Origin: Acidobacteriota bacterium
GTDB lineage: Bacteria > Acidobacteriota > UBA890 > WLXD01
Assembly: GCA_963666055.2 (NCBI GenBank)
Contig: CAXWPH010000015.1
Location: 768,001-832,000, forward strand
Reading direction: 5' to 3'
DNA: 64,000 nucleotides
The notes under the pieces are model-generated. The model saw only the letters and a list, made by a program, of their open reading frames with translations, made no database searches and was not told the DNA's origin. Positions 50,189 to 60,666 of the stretch are shown here, one piece after another; position 1 is the stretch's first letter; every line of letters begins with the position of its first letter. A program made the translations under genes and the position numbers.

Positions 50189-51046
50189 CTATTGCTGTTG
50201 TGCAGCGCCCTCGATCCGCGCTATTCCCGAGGCGGCGCCTTTCAGCGCCGCCTGCGCGCCCAGGTAGATCAGGCGGGTGTCATCGGGGGCCTGAAAGAAG
50301 CTGAACCCGTCGCGGTTCGCCCAGCCTAGGGGACCGCCCAGCGTCAGTCCCGCCCCCAACGCAGCCTCGCGAATCGTGGTCACCATTGCTTCGTATACCG
50401 GATCGCCCTGGCGCCTGCCCGAGAAGCTTCCGAGGTCGGTGCCTGCGGCGAAGATCGCGTCGACGCCGGCAACGGCGGCGATCGCATCCGCGACGGCCAC
50501 ACCGGTGGTCTGCTCGATCATGGCGACCACCATGATGTTGTCGTTGGCGGTGGCACGGTAGTCGTCGCCCCACAGCGCTCGGTACTGGCCGCTGCCCTGG
50601 CTCCGCTCGCCCACCGGTGGGTACTTCGCGAACCGGACCGCCCGCTCCATCTTCTCCGCCGAGGCGACCATCGGCACGATGATTCCCAATGCGCCAATGT
50701 CGACCGCTTTCTGGATGTCACCCTCTGTGGCGTCGGGCACGCGGATGAACGGAATGGCCGGCGTCCCTCTGCAGGCCCAGATCATGCGGGCGACGTCCTG
50801 AAAGCCGAGTGGACTGTGCTGCATCTCGATCCAGAGGAAATCGAACCCGGAGCTCGCCATCGCACAGTAGATGTTCGGGTCCGGTGACGAGACGGTTCCG
50901 CCGACCACCGCCTTGCCGTCCATCAGCTTCTGTTTGACCGTGTTGTAAATCCGAACGGTTCCTTCCTGCCCTTGCATGCTCGAAGCGGGCAGCAGACAGA
51001 TCACGGCGATCGCCAGGATCCGTACAGCGGTTTTTCGCGGTGTCAC
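50189..51046 (-). CDS. HpcH/HpaI aldolase/citrate lyase family with signal peptide
   Basis: DFLWIEMQH, IRVP, YPPVGERS, AMIE, GTDL. Confidence 0.85.
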   Translation of the reverse strand: MTPRKTAVRILAIAVICLLPASSMQGQEGTVRIYNTVKQKLMDGKAVVGGTVSSPDPNIYCAMASSGFDFLWIEMQHSPLGFQDVARMIWACRGTPAIPFIRVPDATEGDIQKAVDIGALGIIVPMVASAEKMERAVRFAKYPPVGERSQGSGQYRALWGDDYRATANDNIMVVAMIEQTTGVAVADAIAAVAGVDAIFAAGTDLGSFSGRRQGDPVYEAMVTTIREAALGAGLTLGGPLGWANRDGFSFFQAPDDTRLIYLGAQAALKGAASGIARIEGAAQQQ

Positions 51047-51074
51047 GTGTCTCTCCTTTGGGTGTGCCGACGGC

Positions 51075-53117
51075 TCATGGAAGGGCGAAAGCGATGAGCT
51101 CTTGTTTCCAGACGCCCATTCCTCCGACGGCGATGACGAGGTGCTGCCGTCCGTCTTGCATGTACGTCATGGGTTGCGCGGACGCAGGACCCGGCAGCTC
51201 AAACTCCCACAGCACCGTGCCGTTGTCCTTGTCCAGGGCGCGAAGACGCGTCTCCTCCAACTCCCCCGTTGATGCTTCGGAGCCGTACTCCCACCATGCC
51301 GACTCGCGGCCCGGGGCGCGCCCCTCGCTCAGGAAGAGCAGACCGTTCTCGGTAACGAGGGGGAACCTGAACCTCGGGCTGCCGAGATCGGGCAACTCCA
51401 GTGGCTGAAGCGTCGGATGATGCCGCGGTCCTTCACCCACTGGAACCATCCACAGATGCCGCCCCTGCTCGTTGAGTCCTATGGCTGTCAGTCGGCCATA
51501 GGGCGGCTTGGTCAAGGGCAGCCCCTGCGGACCTGAGCCCCAGGCGTACTCTTCCCGAACGAGCCGAAAATCGGTGGATGAAGCCGCCGTGCCGAGTCGG
51601 TAAATGTCGACTTTGGACAGCGAAGGGACGTAGAGAATGCCGGTTTCGGGGTCGAACGCTGCGCCACCCCAGTTGGCTCCACCGATTCTGCCCGGCATGA
51701 TCAACGTGCCCTCCAATGAGGGCGGTGAATACAGCGGGCCATGGTTGTGCTGCTGCAGAATCGTCAAGGCCTCCTGTCTGAGCTCCGGCGTGAAGTCGAT
51801 GAGGTTGCCGGGCGTCACGCCTTGACGCTCGAAGGCTTCCGGAACGGTCGGAAAGGGCTGCGTCGGTGACAGCATCTCCCCTTCGACGGTCGGCGCGGTG
51901 GGGACCCCCCGTTCCTCTATCGGCCATACGGGCTCGCCCGTTTCCCGATCGAACACGAAGGTGAAGCCCTGCTTGGTGACCTGCGCGACCGCCTTTATCT
52001 GTCGGCCGTTCACCTCGATGTGCGCCAGCACGGGAGCCGCAGGAGGGTCATAGTCCCACAGGCCGTGATGAGTCAGCTGGTAGTGCCAGACTCTACGGCC
52101 CGTTGCTACATCCACCGCGACCAACGATTGGGAAAACAGGTTGTCGCCCGGGCGGTGGCCGCCGTAGTAGTCGTTGGTCGTTCCGCTGACTGGGAGATAG
52201 ACGTAGTTGAGCTCGGGGTCGTAGCTCATCAGAGTCCATACGTTGGCGTTGCCATGAATCTCCAAGGCGTCCAGCGGCCAGGTGTCGGCACCATGTTCGG
52301 CCGGCTGCGGAACCGTGTTGAATCGCCACAGTTGCTCGCCGGTTCGCGCGTCGTAGCCGCGCACATCACCGGGCGGACCGTCGAATCCGATGAGCGCGTC
52401 GACGAGGTTCGATCCGACCACCAGCACATCGCCGCAAACCATCGGCGGTGAGCTGACTCCATAGGCGAGCCGGTTGTCTCTACCGACCGTGCCGCGCACC
52501 AGCGGTCGCGACAGCCCCTGGGTCAGATCGACAATGCCGGCGTCCCCGAATTCAGGGTCTGGGCGTCCGGTCTTTGCATCCAACGAGATCAATCGTCCAT
52601 CGCCCGTACCCATGTAGACGCGTTGAATCCGGCCGTCGGACCAGTAGGCGACGCCGCGGTGAGCGAAGGCCCAGTTCGGCGGGGCCTGGCTCGCGGGATC
52701 CTCGTCCGGTCCCCGTAGAGCATTGCGCTTCCAGACGCCGGGATCGTAGGTCCACAGTGTCTGGCCGGTCGCGGCATCGATCGCCGCGACCAGGTGGTAC
52801 GAGGTGGAGGTGTACAGGACACCGTCTGTCATGATCGGCGTGGCTTCATGCAAGAACGGTGGTCGCAGCGCGGGGTTCGCGGCGCGTATTGCCGTATCCG
52901 GTGATTCCCATCGCCACGCGATGCGCAGATCGTTGACGTTATTTCTGTTGATCTGATCGAGCGACGAGTACTTGCGGCTCCCTGGATCGCCTCCGTGGTG
53001 GAGCCACTCGCCCTCGGCGCTCGCAGGCTGGATGCTGGCTGGGGCAGCGCACGACGCGACCAGAAGGATGGATGTGATCCCCGCCGACCTCCCGCGCAGT
53101 TGCTTCAGGCGGTGCAC
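51075..53117 (-). CDS. PQQ-dependent glucose/quinate dehydrogenase-like lipoprotein
   Basis: YSSLDQIN, HRGVAYW, PGDVRGYD, HHGLWDYD, GGANWGG, KPPYG. Confidence 0.9.
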   Translation of the reverse strand: MHRLKQLRGRSAGITSILLVASCAAPASIQPASAEGEWLHHGGDPGSRKYSSLDQINRNNVNDLRIAWRWESPDTAIRAANPALRPPFLHEATPIMTDGVLYTSTSYHLVAAIDAATGQTLWTYDPGVWKRNALRGPDEDPASQAPPNWAFAHRGVAYWSDGRIQRVYMGTGDGRLISLDAKTGRPDPEFGDAGIVDLTQGLSRPLVRGTVGRDNRLAYGVSSPPMVCGDVLVVGSNLVDALIGFDGPPGDVRGYDARTGEQLWRFNTVPQPAEHGADTWPLDALEIHGNANVWTLMSYDPELNYVYLPVSGTTNDYYGGHRPGDNLFSQSLVAVDVATGRRVWHYQLTHHGLWDYDPPAAPVLAHIEVNGRQIKAVAQVTKQGFTFVFDRETGEPVWPIEERGVPTAPTVEGEMLSPTQPFPTVPEAFERQGVTPGNLIDFTPELRQEALTILQQHNHGPLYSPPSLEGTLIMPGRIGGANWGGAAFDPETGILYVPSLSKVDIYRLGTAASSTDFRLVREEYAWGSGPQGLPLTKPPYGRLTAIGLNEQGRHLWMVPVGEGPRHHPTLQPLELPDLGSPRFRFPLVTENGLLFLSEGRAPGRESAWWEYGSEASTGELEETRLRALDKDNGTVLWEFELPGPASAQPMTYMQDGRQHLVIAVGGMGVWKQELIAFALP

Positions 53118-53217
53118 GATTCCCCTTTACCTGTTGTCCGACAGACGGCACCCTTTCAGGCGGGCCGAATTCGTCGGGAAGATTGCGCTATTGAATCGTA
53201 GGAAGCCAGGGGAGCCG

Positions 53218-54624
53218 ATGCACTTACCTGCCATGCCGAGCTCGTGGCGCCGGGTTGCAGATCGACGCGACGTGCTCATCTGTCTGCTGGGCGTATTGGC
53301 GCTAGGCCTGGCGGCAACTTCGCTGGCGCTGACCGGTCTGCCATCCCAGCCAACCGAGGGGCAGGAATGGCGCCAGTTCCGCGGTCCCGGCGCCCGCGGC
53401 GTGGCCGCCGACCCCTCCCTTCCCGCCTCGTGGAGCACGACCGACAACGTTGTCTGGACGGCTCCGGTTCCAGGGATGGGCTGGAGCTCACCGATCGTTA
53501 CCGCCGAGCTGATCGTGGTGACGTCGGTGGTCAGCTCGGAGCTCGGGGAAGAGCCTCGCCCGGGGCTCTACTTCGGCGGTGAGCGGCCCGCCCCATCGGA
53601 TCTGCATCGCTGGGTCGTTTACGCCTATGACGTCGACACCGGTGAGCTGCGCTGGGAAACGGAGCTCCACCGTGGTGTCCCCGCAATGCCCCGTCACCTC
53701 AAGAATAGCTATGCCTCCGAGACGCCGGTAACCGATGGGAAGCGGATCTTCGTCTACTTCGGCAACGTCGGGCTGTTCGCCCTCGACCTGCAGGGCGGCA
53801 TGTTATGGGAGCGGCGCTGGCCGACCGTCCGAACTCGCAATGGCTGGGCCACAGCTGCCTCGCCGGCGCTGCACGAGGGACGCCTGTACATCGTCAACGA
53901 CAACGACGAGCAGTCGTTCATCGCCGCCGTGGATGCGGCTACCGGTGAGGATTTCTGGACCGTGTTACGCGACGAGGGGACCAACTGGGCGACGCCGTTC
54001 ATCTGGGACCACGAGCTGCGCACCGAGGTGGTCACCTCCGGGACAGATCGCGTCCGGTCCTACGATCTCGACGGCAACCTGCTCTGGGAGATGGGCGGCA
54101 TGTCGTCGATTACGATTCCGACCCCGTTCACGGAGTTCGGACTCCTGTACCTTGCCTCTGGTTACGTCGGCGATGAGCGTCGACCCGTCTTTGCGATCCG
54201 GCCCGGCGCTGGCGGTGACATCTCGATCCTCGAGGGAGAAACATCGAACGATCACGTCGCCTGGTCGCTGCCGCAGGGCAGCGCCTACAACCCCTCACCG
54301 CTCGTCTACGGCGACCAGTACTACACCCTGTACGACCGCGGCTTCATGACCGCTCACGACGCGCGCACGGGCGAGGAGATCTACGACAAGCGTCGCGTCG
54401 CGGCGGCGACCGGTTTCACGGCGTCGCCGTGGGCCTACAACGACTTTGTCTTCGCTGCCAGCGAGGACGGCGACACCTACGTGATCCGTGCCGGGTCGGA
54501 GTTCGAGGTCGTCGCGGTCAACAGCCTCGAAGAGATGGTGATGGCGACGCCGGCGATAGCGCGCGGCAGCCTCTTCATCCGCACGGCCTCCCGCCTCTAT
54601 CGCATCGCAGAGGCAGGCTCCTAG
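53218..54624 (+). CDS. PQQ-like beta-propeller repeat protein (BamB-like)
   Basis: WRQFRGP, GWSSP, NSYASETPVTDG, ATPAI...LFIRT. Confidence 0.85.
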   Translation: MHLPAMPSSWRRVADRRDVLICLLGVLALGLAATSLALTGLPSQPTEGQEWRQFRGPGARGVAADPSLPASWSTTDNVVWTAPVPGMGWSSPIVTAELIVVTSVVSSELGEEPRPGLYFGGERPAPSDLHRWVVYAYDVDTGELRWETELHRGVPAMPRHLKNSYASETPVTDGKRIFVYFGNVGLFALDLQGGMLWERRWPTVRTRNGWATAASPALHEGRLYIVNDNDEQSFIAAVDAATGEDFWTVLRDEGTNWATPFIWDHELRTEVVTSGTDRVRSYDLDGNLLWEMGGMSSITIPTPFTEFGLLYLASGYVGDERRPVFAIRPGAGGDISILEGETSNDHVAWSLPQGSAYNPSPLVYGDQYYTLYDRGFMTAHDARTGEEIYDKRRVAAATGFTASPWAYNDFVFAASEDGDTYVIRAGSEFEVVAVNSLEEMVMATPAIARGSLFIRTASRLYRIAEAGS

Positions 54625-54899
54625 CAGGCCGTGGTGAAAGTGTGATGGGTCTGGCGACAGGGTCTTGCGAAGTGGAGGCAAGGAGAGAGGAGGAGGCGAT
54701 GGAACCCCCATCGTTGACGAGGAACGACGCAGCCTACGCGCGCAACCCCCTGTCGCCCGAAGGGTTACGGCGAGTTGGGGCCATCTGCGGTGTTGGCCTT
54801 CCTCGACGATGGCCGGGGCATCGCCTGTGTCAGGCCGCCTTGCATCTGGCCCCAACTCGCCGTAACCAGACCCCCCACACTTTCACCACGGCCTGCTAG
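54621..54899. mobile_element. MITE (279 bp) with 24-bp perfect inverted ends including CTAG
   Basis: CTAGCAGGCCGTGGTGAAAGTGTG / CACACTTTCACCACGGCCTGCTAG; internal 21-bp inverted repeat; no transposase. Confidence 0.82.
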
Positions 54900-55285
54900 G
54901 CGCTCTCCAGCCCCAGGTGCGCGACCATGGGATCGAAGTCCCGGTCTGTATATAACAGCGGATAGCCGTGTTGGATGCAGAAGCTGCCGATCATCACATC
55001 GATCGTCTTGCGCGCCGTGACGCCCATCTTGCGCAGCTTCCGATAGTTGTCAGCCGCGAACAGAGCGACCTCGCGTCCCAGCATGTCACGACACTCGAGT
55101 CGGGCCAGGAGCTCTCGGGCACGATGGAAATCCGAATCGCGGCGGAATCCCTGCAGCACCTCAGCCAGAATAATGTCGCCGGTCAGTATCAGCTCGCCGG
55201 CGAGTCGCGAATCGAGCTCGTCGGTCTCCCTGCAGTCGACTCCGTTGAAGAAGTCGATCCATACGGAGGAATCGACGAGGATCAC
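54896..55285 (-). CDS. vapC: VapC PIN-domain toxin
   Basis: MILVDSSVWIDF, EVLQG, TID, DRDF. Confidence 0.92.
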   Translation of the reverse strand: MILVDSSVWIDFFNGVDCRETDELDSRLAGELILTGDIILAEVLQGFRRDSDFHRARELLARLECRDMLGREVALFAADNYRKLRKMGVTARKTIDVMIGSFCIQHGYPLLYTDRDFDPMVAHLGLESA

Positions 55286-55476
55286 GCGTCGCGCCGACTC
55301 TCGCCGAGGTCACCCTCCCAGCTCAGCTTGCCGCGAGCGGCACGGATCGCCTCCTGGTCTTGCAGCCTGCCGAGCAATCGAAGCCCCGTCTCCACCGCTT
55401 CTCGCTTCGTCTTGATACCGGTTTTCTTCAGGACGTCGGCCATCAGATCGTCGTCGATGACGATGTTTGTCCGCAC
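55282..55476 (-). CDS. vapB: VapB antitoxin
   Basis: RTNIVIDDDL...TKREAV..GL...L.WEGDL; overlaps vapC start. Confidence 0.9.
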   Translation of the reverse strand: MRTNIVIDDDLMADVLKKTGIKTKREAVETGLRLLGRLQDQEAIRAARGKLSWEGDLGESRRDA

Positions 55477-55500
55477 GAGCTGCCTCCCAGGAGATTCTTG

Positions 55501-55530
55501 ATGTGTATAAACAGTAAGAATCATACACAT
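55501..55530. promoter_or_regulatory. Probable vapBC operator
   Basis: ATGTGTAT-N14-ATACACAT inverted repeat upstream of vapB. Confidence 0.7.
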
Positions 55531-55641
55531 TCCAGTTCGTGATTCCAGCTCCATCGTCTCGAGGACATGAGATGGACCGCCGTCGCGTCGACGAGGGCGA
55601 GCCCCGGGGGCCGCAGTCGTTCTGAGCGTCCGAGCCCGGGC

Positions 55642-57568
55642 TCACCGGGTAGGGCCGCGACTCTGATCGCGCAGCCTGAATACGAATAGGGCCGAGCTGC
55701 CGTCGGGCCGCGGGATTTCCGGCGTCAGCCCGAAGAATCCGGCGGTGCTGCCGGTCGGCACGGCCAGGTACTGTATGCCGTCCACTTCATAAGTCACGAC
55801 CGTACCCTGCACGGGGTTAGGCAGGCGCGTCGACCAGAGCGTCTCGCCGGTCTGCGAATCGAGGGCGCGGAGCTCGCGGTCGATCGGTCGATGTCGCCGT
55901 GGAAGACGAGGCCGCCGCCGGTGGCGACGACGCCACTGTGCGACGACCCCCGCTGGTCACGCCGCCAAAGCTGACGGCCGGTCGCGACGTCGATTGCAAT
56001 GACGGCGCTGAAGGTCCCGTCCGAGTCCGGCGTGGGGACGAGCCTGAGACTTGCGCTGTCGTGGTAGGCGCCGGCCTCGGGGGATACGTCCTTGAGCGTG
56101 TAGTCCATGCAGGTCTTGTTGAAGCCCACGAAGAAGATCCCTGTGTCGGGATCGACCGCAGTCCCGGGCCAGTTGCGTCCGCCGGCGAGGCTGGGGCAGA
56201 CGAACGTCGTCTCACCGATGCCGCCCATCAGGCTCTCGTTCAGATCGGCGCGGCCGGTCGTTACGTCGATGTCCGCCACGACGTTCTGGTAGTAGGTCTC
56301 TCGGGCCCAAAGTAGTCGGCCGGTCTCGGCGTCCATGGCGCGAATGATTCCGGACTTTCCGAACATGCCGAACAGCATCTTCAGCGGCTGCTGCGGCAGA
56401 TCGTCGGCGATCCACCGGACCTCTGCGGGGTCGGGTCGCGCCTCGGCGACCACCACGTGCCGCTCGAACACGGTATCCATGTCGAAGTTGCCGGATGGAA
56501 TATGTTGCTGCGCCCACTTGATCTCTCCGGTCACGGTGTCCAACGCCAGCGTCGAGTTGGTGTGGAGGAGATCACCAGCCGCGGCCCGCTGCGCCCGGCC
56601 CCAGGGGATGGGAACCGCCGTGCCGACGAAAAGCGTGCGCGTCTCGGGGTCATAGGATGGCGGCATCCAGACGGAACCTCCGTATCGTTCCGTGCTCGGA
56701 ATACCGCCCCAGCTATCCCCACCCGGTTCGTCGGGCGCGGCAATCGTGGTGCGTCGCCAGATCTCCGAGCCATCGTGAGGGTCGTGGGCGGAGATCCAGC
56801 AACCGCCCTCGTTGATCATGTAGCAGCCTGACATCGGCGCGATGATTCTGCCGTCGGCAACGATCGGGCCCGCCGAGTACCCATAGCCCTCGGCGTGATC
56901 GGCAACCTGCACGTCCCAGCGCACTTCGCCCGTTCGGGCGTCGAGCGCCACGAGGTGGGCGTCTCCGGTGCCCAGGATGATCATGTCCTCGTAGATCGCG
57001 ATATTGCGGTTGGCGTAGGCGAATCGGAACAGGTCGTCCGGAAGGTTGCGGTCGTAGCTCCAGAACAGATCGCCGCTGGTAGCGTCGAGCGCCTGGATCA
57101 CATCGGCGGACTGATTCAGGAACATCACCCCGTCATGGACGAGCGGCTGCACCTGGGTTCTTTTCCCGTTCATCGCCCACGCCCACACGAGCTCGAGCTC
57201 GGCGACGTTGTCACGGCTGATCTGGCTCAGCGGCGAGTAGCCCGAGAGCCCGTAGCCGCGCCGGTGGCTCAACCATTCGCCGTCCGGTGGGTTCCCGAGG
57301 TTGTCGTCGGTGACCGGCGACAGGTCTCGGAGCAAGGGCGGCAGCGTGTCTGGCTGCTCGGTACGAAAGAACGTCTACGTGCTCCCCTGTTGGGCGATAT
57401 TGGTGACGGAGTCCGAATCGGGCGCCGCTCGCCGGGCGCTCGGGGTGGCGCTGGCAGCCAGGTGCCGAGGTTGTGCCAGACCGCTCGAGACCGGTGCCTG
57501 GCCGCCGACTGCCAGGGCGATTAGCACCACGGGCACACGCCTACTCCGAATGCTACGGACGCCGGCCA
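55642..57568 (-). pseudogene. PQQ alcohol dehydrogenase-like gene, frameshifted near 57380 and by an 8-bp duplication at 55877-55892
   Basis: YSPLSQI, NRNIAIY, GGSVW, CPSLAGGRNW; C-terminal QYLAVP..FVFRL in another frame. Confidence 0.75.
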
Positions 57569-59739
57569 TTGGCGCTCGCTTGCTCGGCCACATAGCGGAT
57601 GTAATGGCGCATCGCCAGAAGCTCGTCGTCCGTGAACTCCGGATAGGCCGGCATGCCACGGGCGAGACGCGAGCCGTCGCGGACCACGGTCGCGAACCCG
57701 ATCTCCGAGAGCACGACTAGTGATGCCCTGAGATCGGGTGCCTGTCCTCCGGCGACGAGGCCCTCACCTCCGCCTCCATGACAGCCGCCACAGCGGCCGC
57801 CGTATACGCTGCCGCCCTGGCGCGCCAGGTCAGCGTCGATCGCGAAGTCGGCAGAGCGGATTGGCACGGGGACTACCGGTGGCGGCGAGGGCGGCAGGTC
57901 CGCGTCCCCGTCGAGGGAGAACACCACCAGGCGACGCGGATGAACTCCATACGCCCATCCATGCGCCGCCGACTCGGCTCCTCCGATCCCCGCCCAGACG
58001 CCACCCCAGCCGACGAGCAGGGCAACGTACTGGCGCCCGTCGATCGCGTAGCTGATCGACGGGGCCGAGATCCCGGAGCCCATCTCGAACGTCCACAGTG
58101 TCTCACCGGTCGTGGCGCTGTGGGCCGCGAAGGTTCCGTCGGTGCGGCCTTGAAATACGAGGTTGCCGGCTGTCGTCATCGTTCCGGCGTTCCACAGACC
58201 GGGCAGCGGGACCTCCCATGCAAGCTCCTGTCGTACGGGGTCCCACGCCTGCAGAGATCCGAGGATCCCGTCCGACCTGGAAGAGCCGACCGTCGTCGTG
58301 GTCACCCCGGTGCCCCCGCGCCCCACCGGGGAGTGCCAGGTTTTCAGGTCGATGCCCTCGTCGCTGAACAACATGGCGAGGTGGATTGCGGGTATGTAGG
58401 CCAGTCCTGTCAACGGGCTGTACGACATGGCGTGCCAGTTGTGCGCGCCGGCGAACGAGGGCGTTACCTGCGCTGGTCGATCCTCGTATCTCGCGCCATC
58501 GACCTCGACCGGCCGCCCGGTCTGCAGATCGATCTCCGTCGCCCAGCTGACCTCGGCGAAGGGCTCTGCCGAGATCAGCTTCCCGGTCTCGCGGTCGATC
58601 ACGTAGAAGAAGCCGTTCTTGGGGGCGTGGAGGATCGCCTTGACCTCGCGTCCGTCGATGGTGAGATCGGCGAGCACGATGTCCATGTTGGAGTTGTAAT
58701 CCCAGCTCTCGCCCGGCGTCGTCTGATAGTGCCACAGGTACTCGCCGGTGTCGGGATCGAGGGCGACGATGGAGCACAGGAAGAGGTTGTCGCCGCCGCC
58801 GGGGCTGCGGATTTTCCGGTTCCAGGGCGATCCGTTGCCGGTGCCGATGTAGAGGGCGTCGAGCTCGGCGTCGTAGGTGAAGCCGTGCCAGGCGTTGCCG
58901 CCGCCGCCGAACTTCCACCACTCACCGGTCCAGGTCTCGGCGGCCATCTTCATGGCCTCGTTCTCGAATCCGTCGGCGGGGTTGCCGGGGACGATCCAGA
59001 AGCGCCACGCCTCCTCGCCGGTCTCGGCGTCGTAGGCGGTGACGTAGCCTCGTGCCGCACCGTGCTCGGTGCCACCGTTGCCGATCAGCACCTTGCCTTT
59101 GAAGATCTTGGGGGCGCCGGTGATGTAGTAGTGCACGTCCGGATCGACCGTCATGACGCTCCACAGCTCCTCGCCGGTGGCGGCGTCCACCGCGTTGAGG
59201 CGTCCGTCCCAGGTGGCGACGTAGACTTTGCCCTTCCAGAAGCCGATGCCGCGGTTGTGATCCCAGCCGGCTCGCATTCGATGCGCGGCGTGACCCGCGA
59301 TGTCCGGGTCGTACTCCCAGATCACCTCGCCGGTGGCCCCGTCGACGGCGCGCACGACGTTCATGCTGCCGATGAAGTACAGGATGCCGTCGATGACGAG
59401 CGGGGTGGACGTCAGGCCCCTGTCATTCGGCAAGTCGAGATACCAGTCCACCGCGAGGTCGCCGACGTTGGACGTGTTGATCTGGACCAGAGGGCTGAAG
59501 CGCTGCTCACTGTATGTTCGGCCGAATGCGAGCCAGTCCTCGCCCCGCGACTCGTCCGCCAACGCGACGTCGTCCACCAGGGTCGGCGATGGGGGCCGGC
59601 TGGAGGATTGCGCGGCGCCAATGGACAGCACCATCGCTGACAGCAGCGCCAACCGACAGATCCCCCGAGTCAGCAACCTACGACGTTTCAACGAACAGGC
59701 CTCCTTCTCGTCGGTCTCCACACACTCAGTCGGGCGCAT
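57553..59739 (-). CDS. Quinohemoprotein (type II) PQQ alcohol dehydrogenase
   Basis: RTYSEQRFSPL, GNGGTE, GTGNGSPWN, WDYN, GAHNW; CGGCH heme c. Confidence 0.9.
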   Translation of the reverse strand: MRPTECVETDEKEACSLKRRRLLTRGICRLALLSAMVLSIGAAQSSSRPPSPTLVDDVALADESRGEDWLAFGRTYSEQRFSPLVQINTSNVGDLAVDWYLDLPNDRGLTSTPLVIDGILYFIGSMNVVRAVDGATGEVIWEYDPDIAGHAAHRMRAGWDHNRGIGFWKGKVYVATWDGRLNAVDAATGEELWSVMTVDPDVHYYITGAPKIFKGKVLIGNGGTEHGAARGYVTAYDAETGEEAWRFWIVPGNPADGFENEAMKMAAETWTGEWWKFGGGGNAWHGFTYDAELDALYIGTGNGSPWNRKIRSPGGGDNLFLCSIVALDPDTGEYLWHYQTTPGESWDYNSNMDIVLADLTIDGREVKAILHAPKNGFFYVIDRETGKLISAEPFAEVSWATEIDLQTGRPVEVDGARYEDRPAQVTPSFAGAHNWHAMSYSPLTGLAYIPAIHLAMLFSDEGIDLKTWHSPVGRGGTGVTTTTVGSSRSDGILGSLQAWDPVRQELAWEVPLPGLWNAGTMTTAGNLVFQGRTDGTFAAHSATTGETLWTFEMGSGISAPSISYAIDGRQYVALLVGWGGVWAGIGGAESAAHGWAYGVHPRRLVVFSLDGDADLPPSPPPVVPVPIRSADFAIDADLARQGGSVYGGRCGGCHGGGGEGLVAGGQAPDLRASLVVLSEIGFATVVRDGSRLARGMPAYPEFTDDELLAMRHYIRYVAEQASANGRRP

Positions 59740-59988
59740 GCTGGCACGACTCTAGCGACGACGCTCGAAACGGACAACAGAACGCCGGAGCACCGCCCCG
59801 AATTACCACCGAACGGCCGCGCTGCAAGGAGCGGGCTCACCTGCTCAGCTCGCTCACGGTCCTTTGGCTTCCTCGCGAGACCGTGGTAAGAGAGGGGTCG
59901 GCGCGGTCCGCGATTTGTGTGGGTCGCCGCGAGCGAGATGCTCTCCCGGTTCGGCACAACAAAACGGGTCAGGCAAAGGAGAAGCCAG

Positions 59989-60666
59989 GTGGGCCGCAAG
60001 CCAAGGGACCCTGACGATCGTCGACGCGACGAGCTCTCGCGCCGCGAGCTGCTGAAGCGCGCCGGAATCGTCGGTGCGACAGCCACCTTTCCGGTTTCGA
60101 TGCTTCCCGCTCGCCAGATCGCCGCCATTGCTCAGGGTGGCTTCGAAACGCTCGCCGAGGCGGAATCAGTGGCGCTCGAGGCGATCGTCGCACGTTTGAT
60201 CCCTACCGACGAGACCGGTCCCGGCGCCACCGAGGCGCGCGCCGTCCACTACATCGACCGCGCCCTTGCCGGTGCGCTCGCACCCGAGCGTGACGCCTAT
60301 GCGGCAGGCCTCGCCGCCGTCGACGCATACGCGCAGGCGGCGCACGGCGCCCTGTTCGCCGAGCTAACGTCGGACGACCAGGACAGCGTCCTGAGCGACA
60401 TGGAGAACGACGTCGCCACCGGTTTCGATCCCGACGCGGGCACGTTCTTCGAGCTGGTACGGACCCACACGATCCACGGCACGTTCTGCGACCCGTACTA
60501 CGGCGGCAACGCGGTTTTCGTCGGTTGGGACCTGATCAGCTATCCGGGCGTGCGCGTCGTCGTCACCGCTTCGCAGCAGCGAATGGATCGGGCCGCCAGG
60601 CCGACACGCAGATCGGCCTACGACGCTGGCGGATTCTCCACACCGGGGACGGGCAGTGGCGGTTGA
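59989..60666 (+). CDS. Gluconate 2-dehydrogenase subunit 3 family (Tat)
   Basis: SRRELLK; RLIPTDETGPGA, YIDRAL, DPYYGGN..GW.L..YPG. Confidence 0.9.
   Translation: MGRKPRDPDDRRRDELSRRELLKRAGIVGATATFPVSMLPARQIAAIAQGGFETLAEAESVALEAIVARLIPTDETGPGATEARAVHYIDRALAGALAPERDAYAAGLAAVDAYAQAAHGALFAELTSDDQDSVLSDMENDVATGFDPDAGTFFELVRTHTIHGTFCDPYYGGNAVFVGWDLISYPGVRVVVTASQQRMDRAARPTRRSAYDAGGFSTPGTGSGG

Noticed and set aside
57778-59640. Long antisense ORFs (also 372-1265, 2310-3407, 23149-24261, 39270-40514)
   Set aside because: Shadow ORFs typical of high-GC coding DNA opposite well-supported genes
59742-59756. Sigma54-like TGGCAC-N5-TAGC
   Set aside because: Imperfect -12 box, about 230 nt from the next gene, and may be the -10 of the divergent gene
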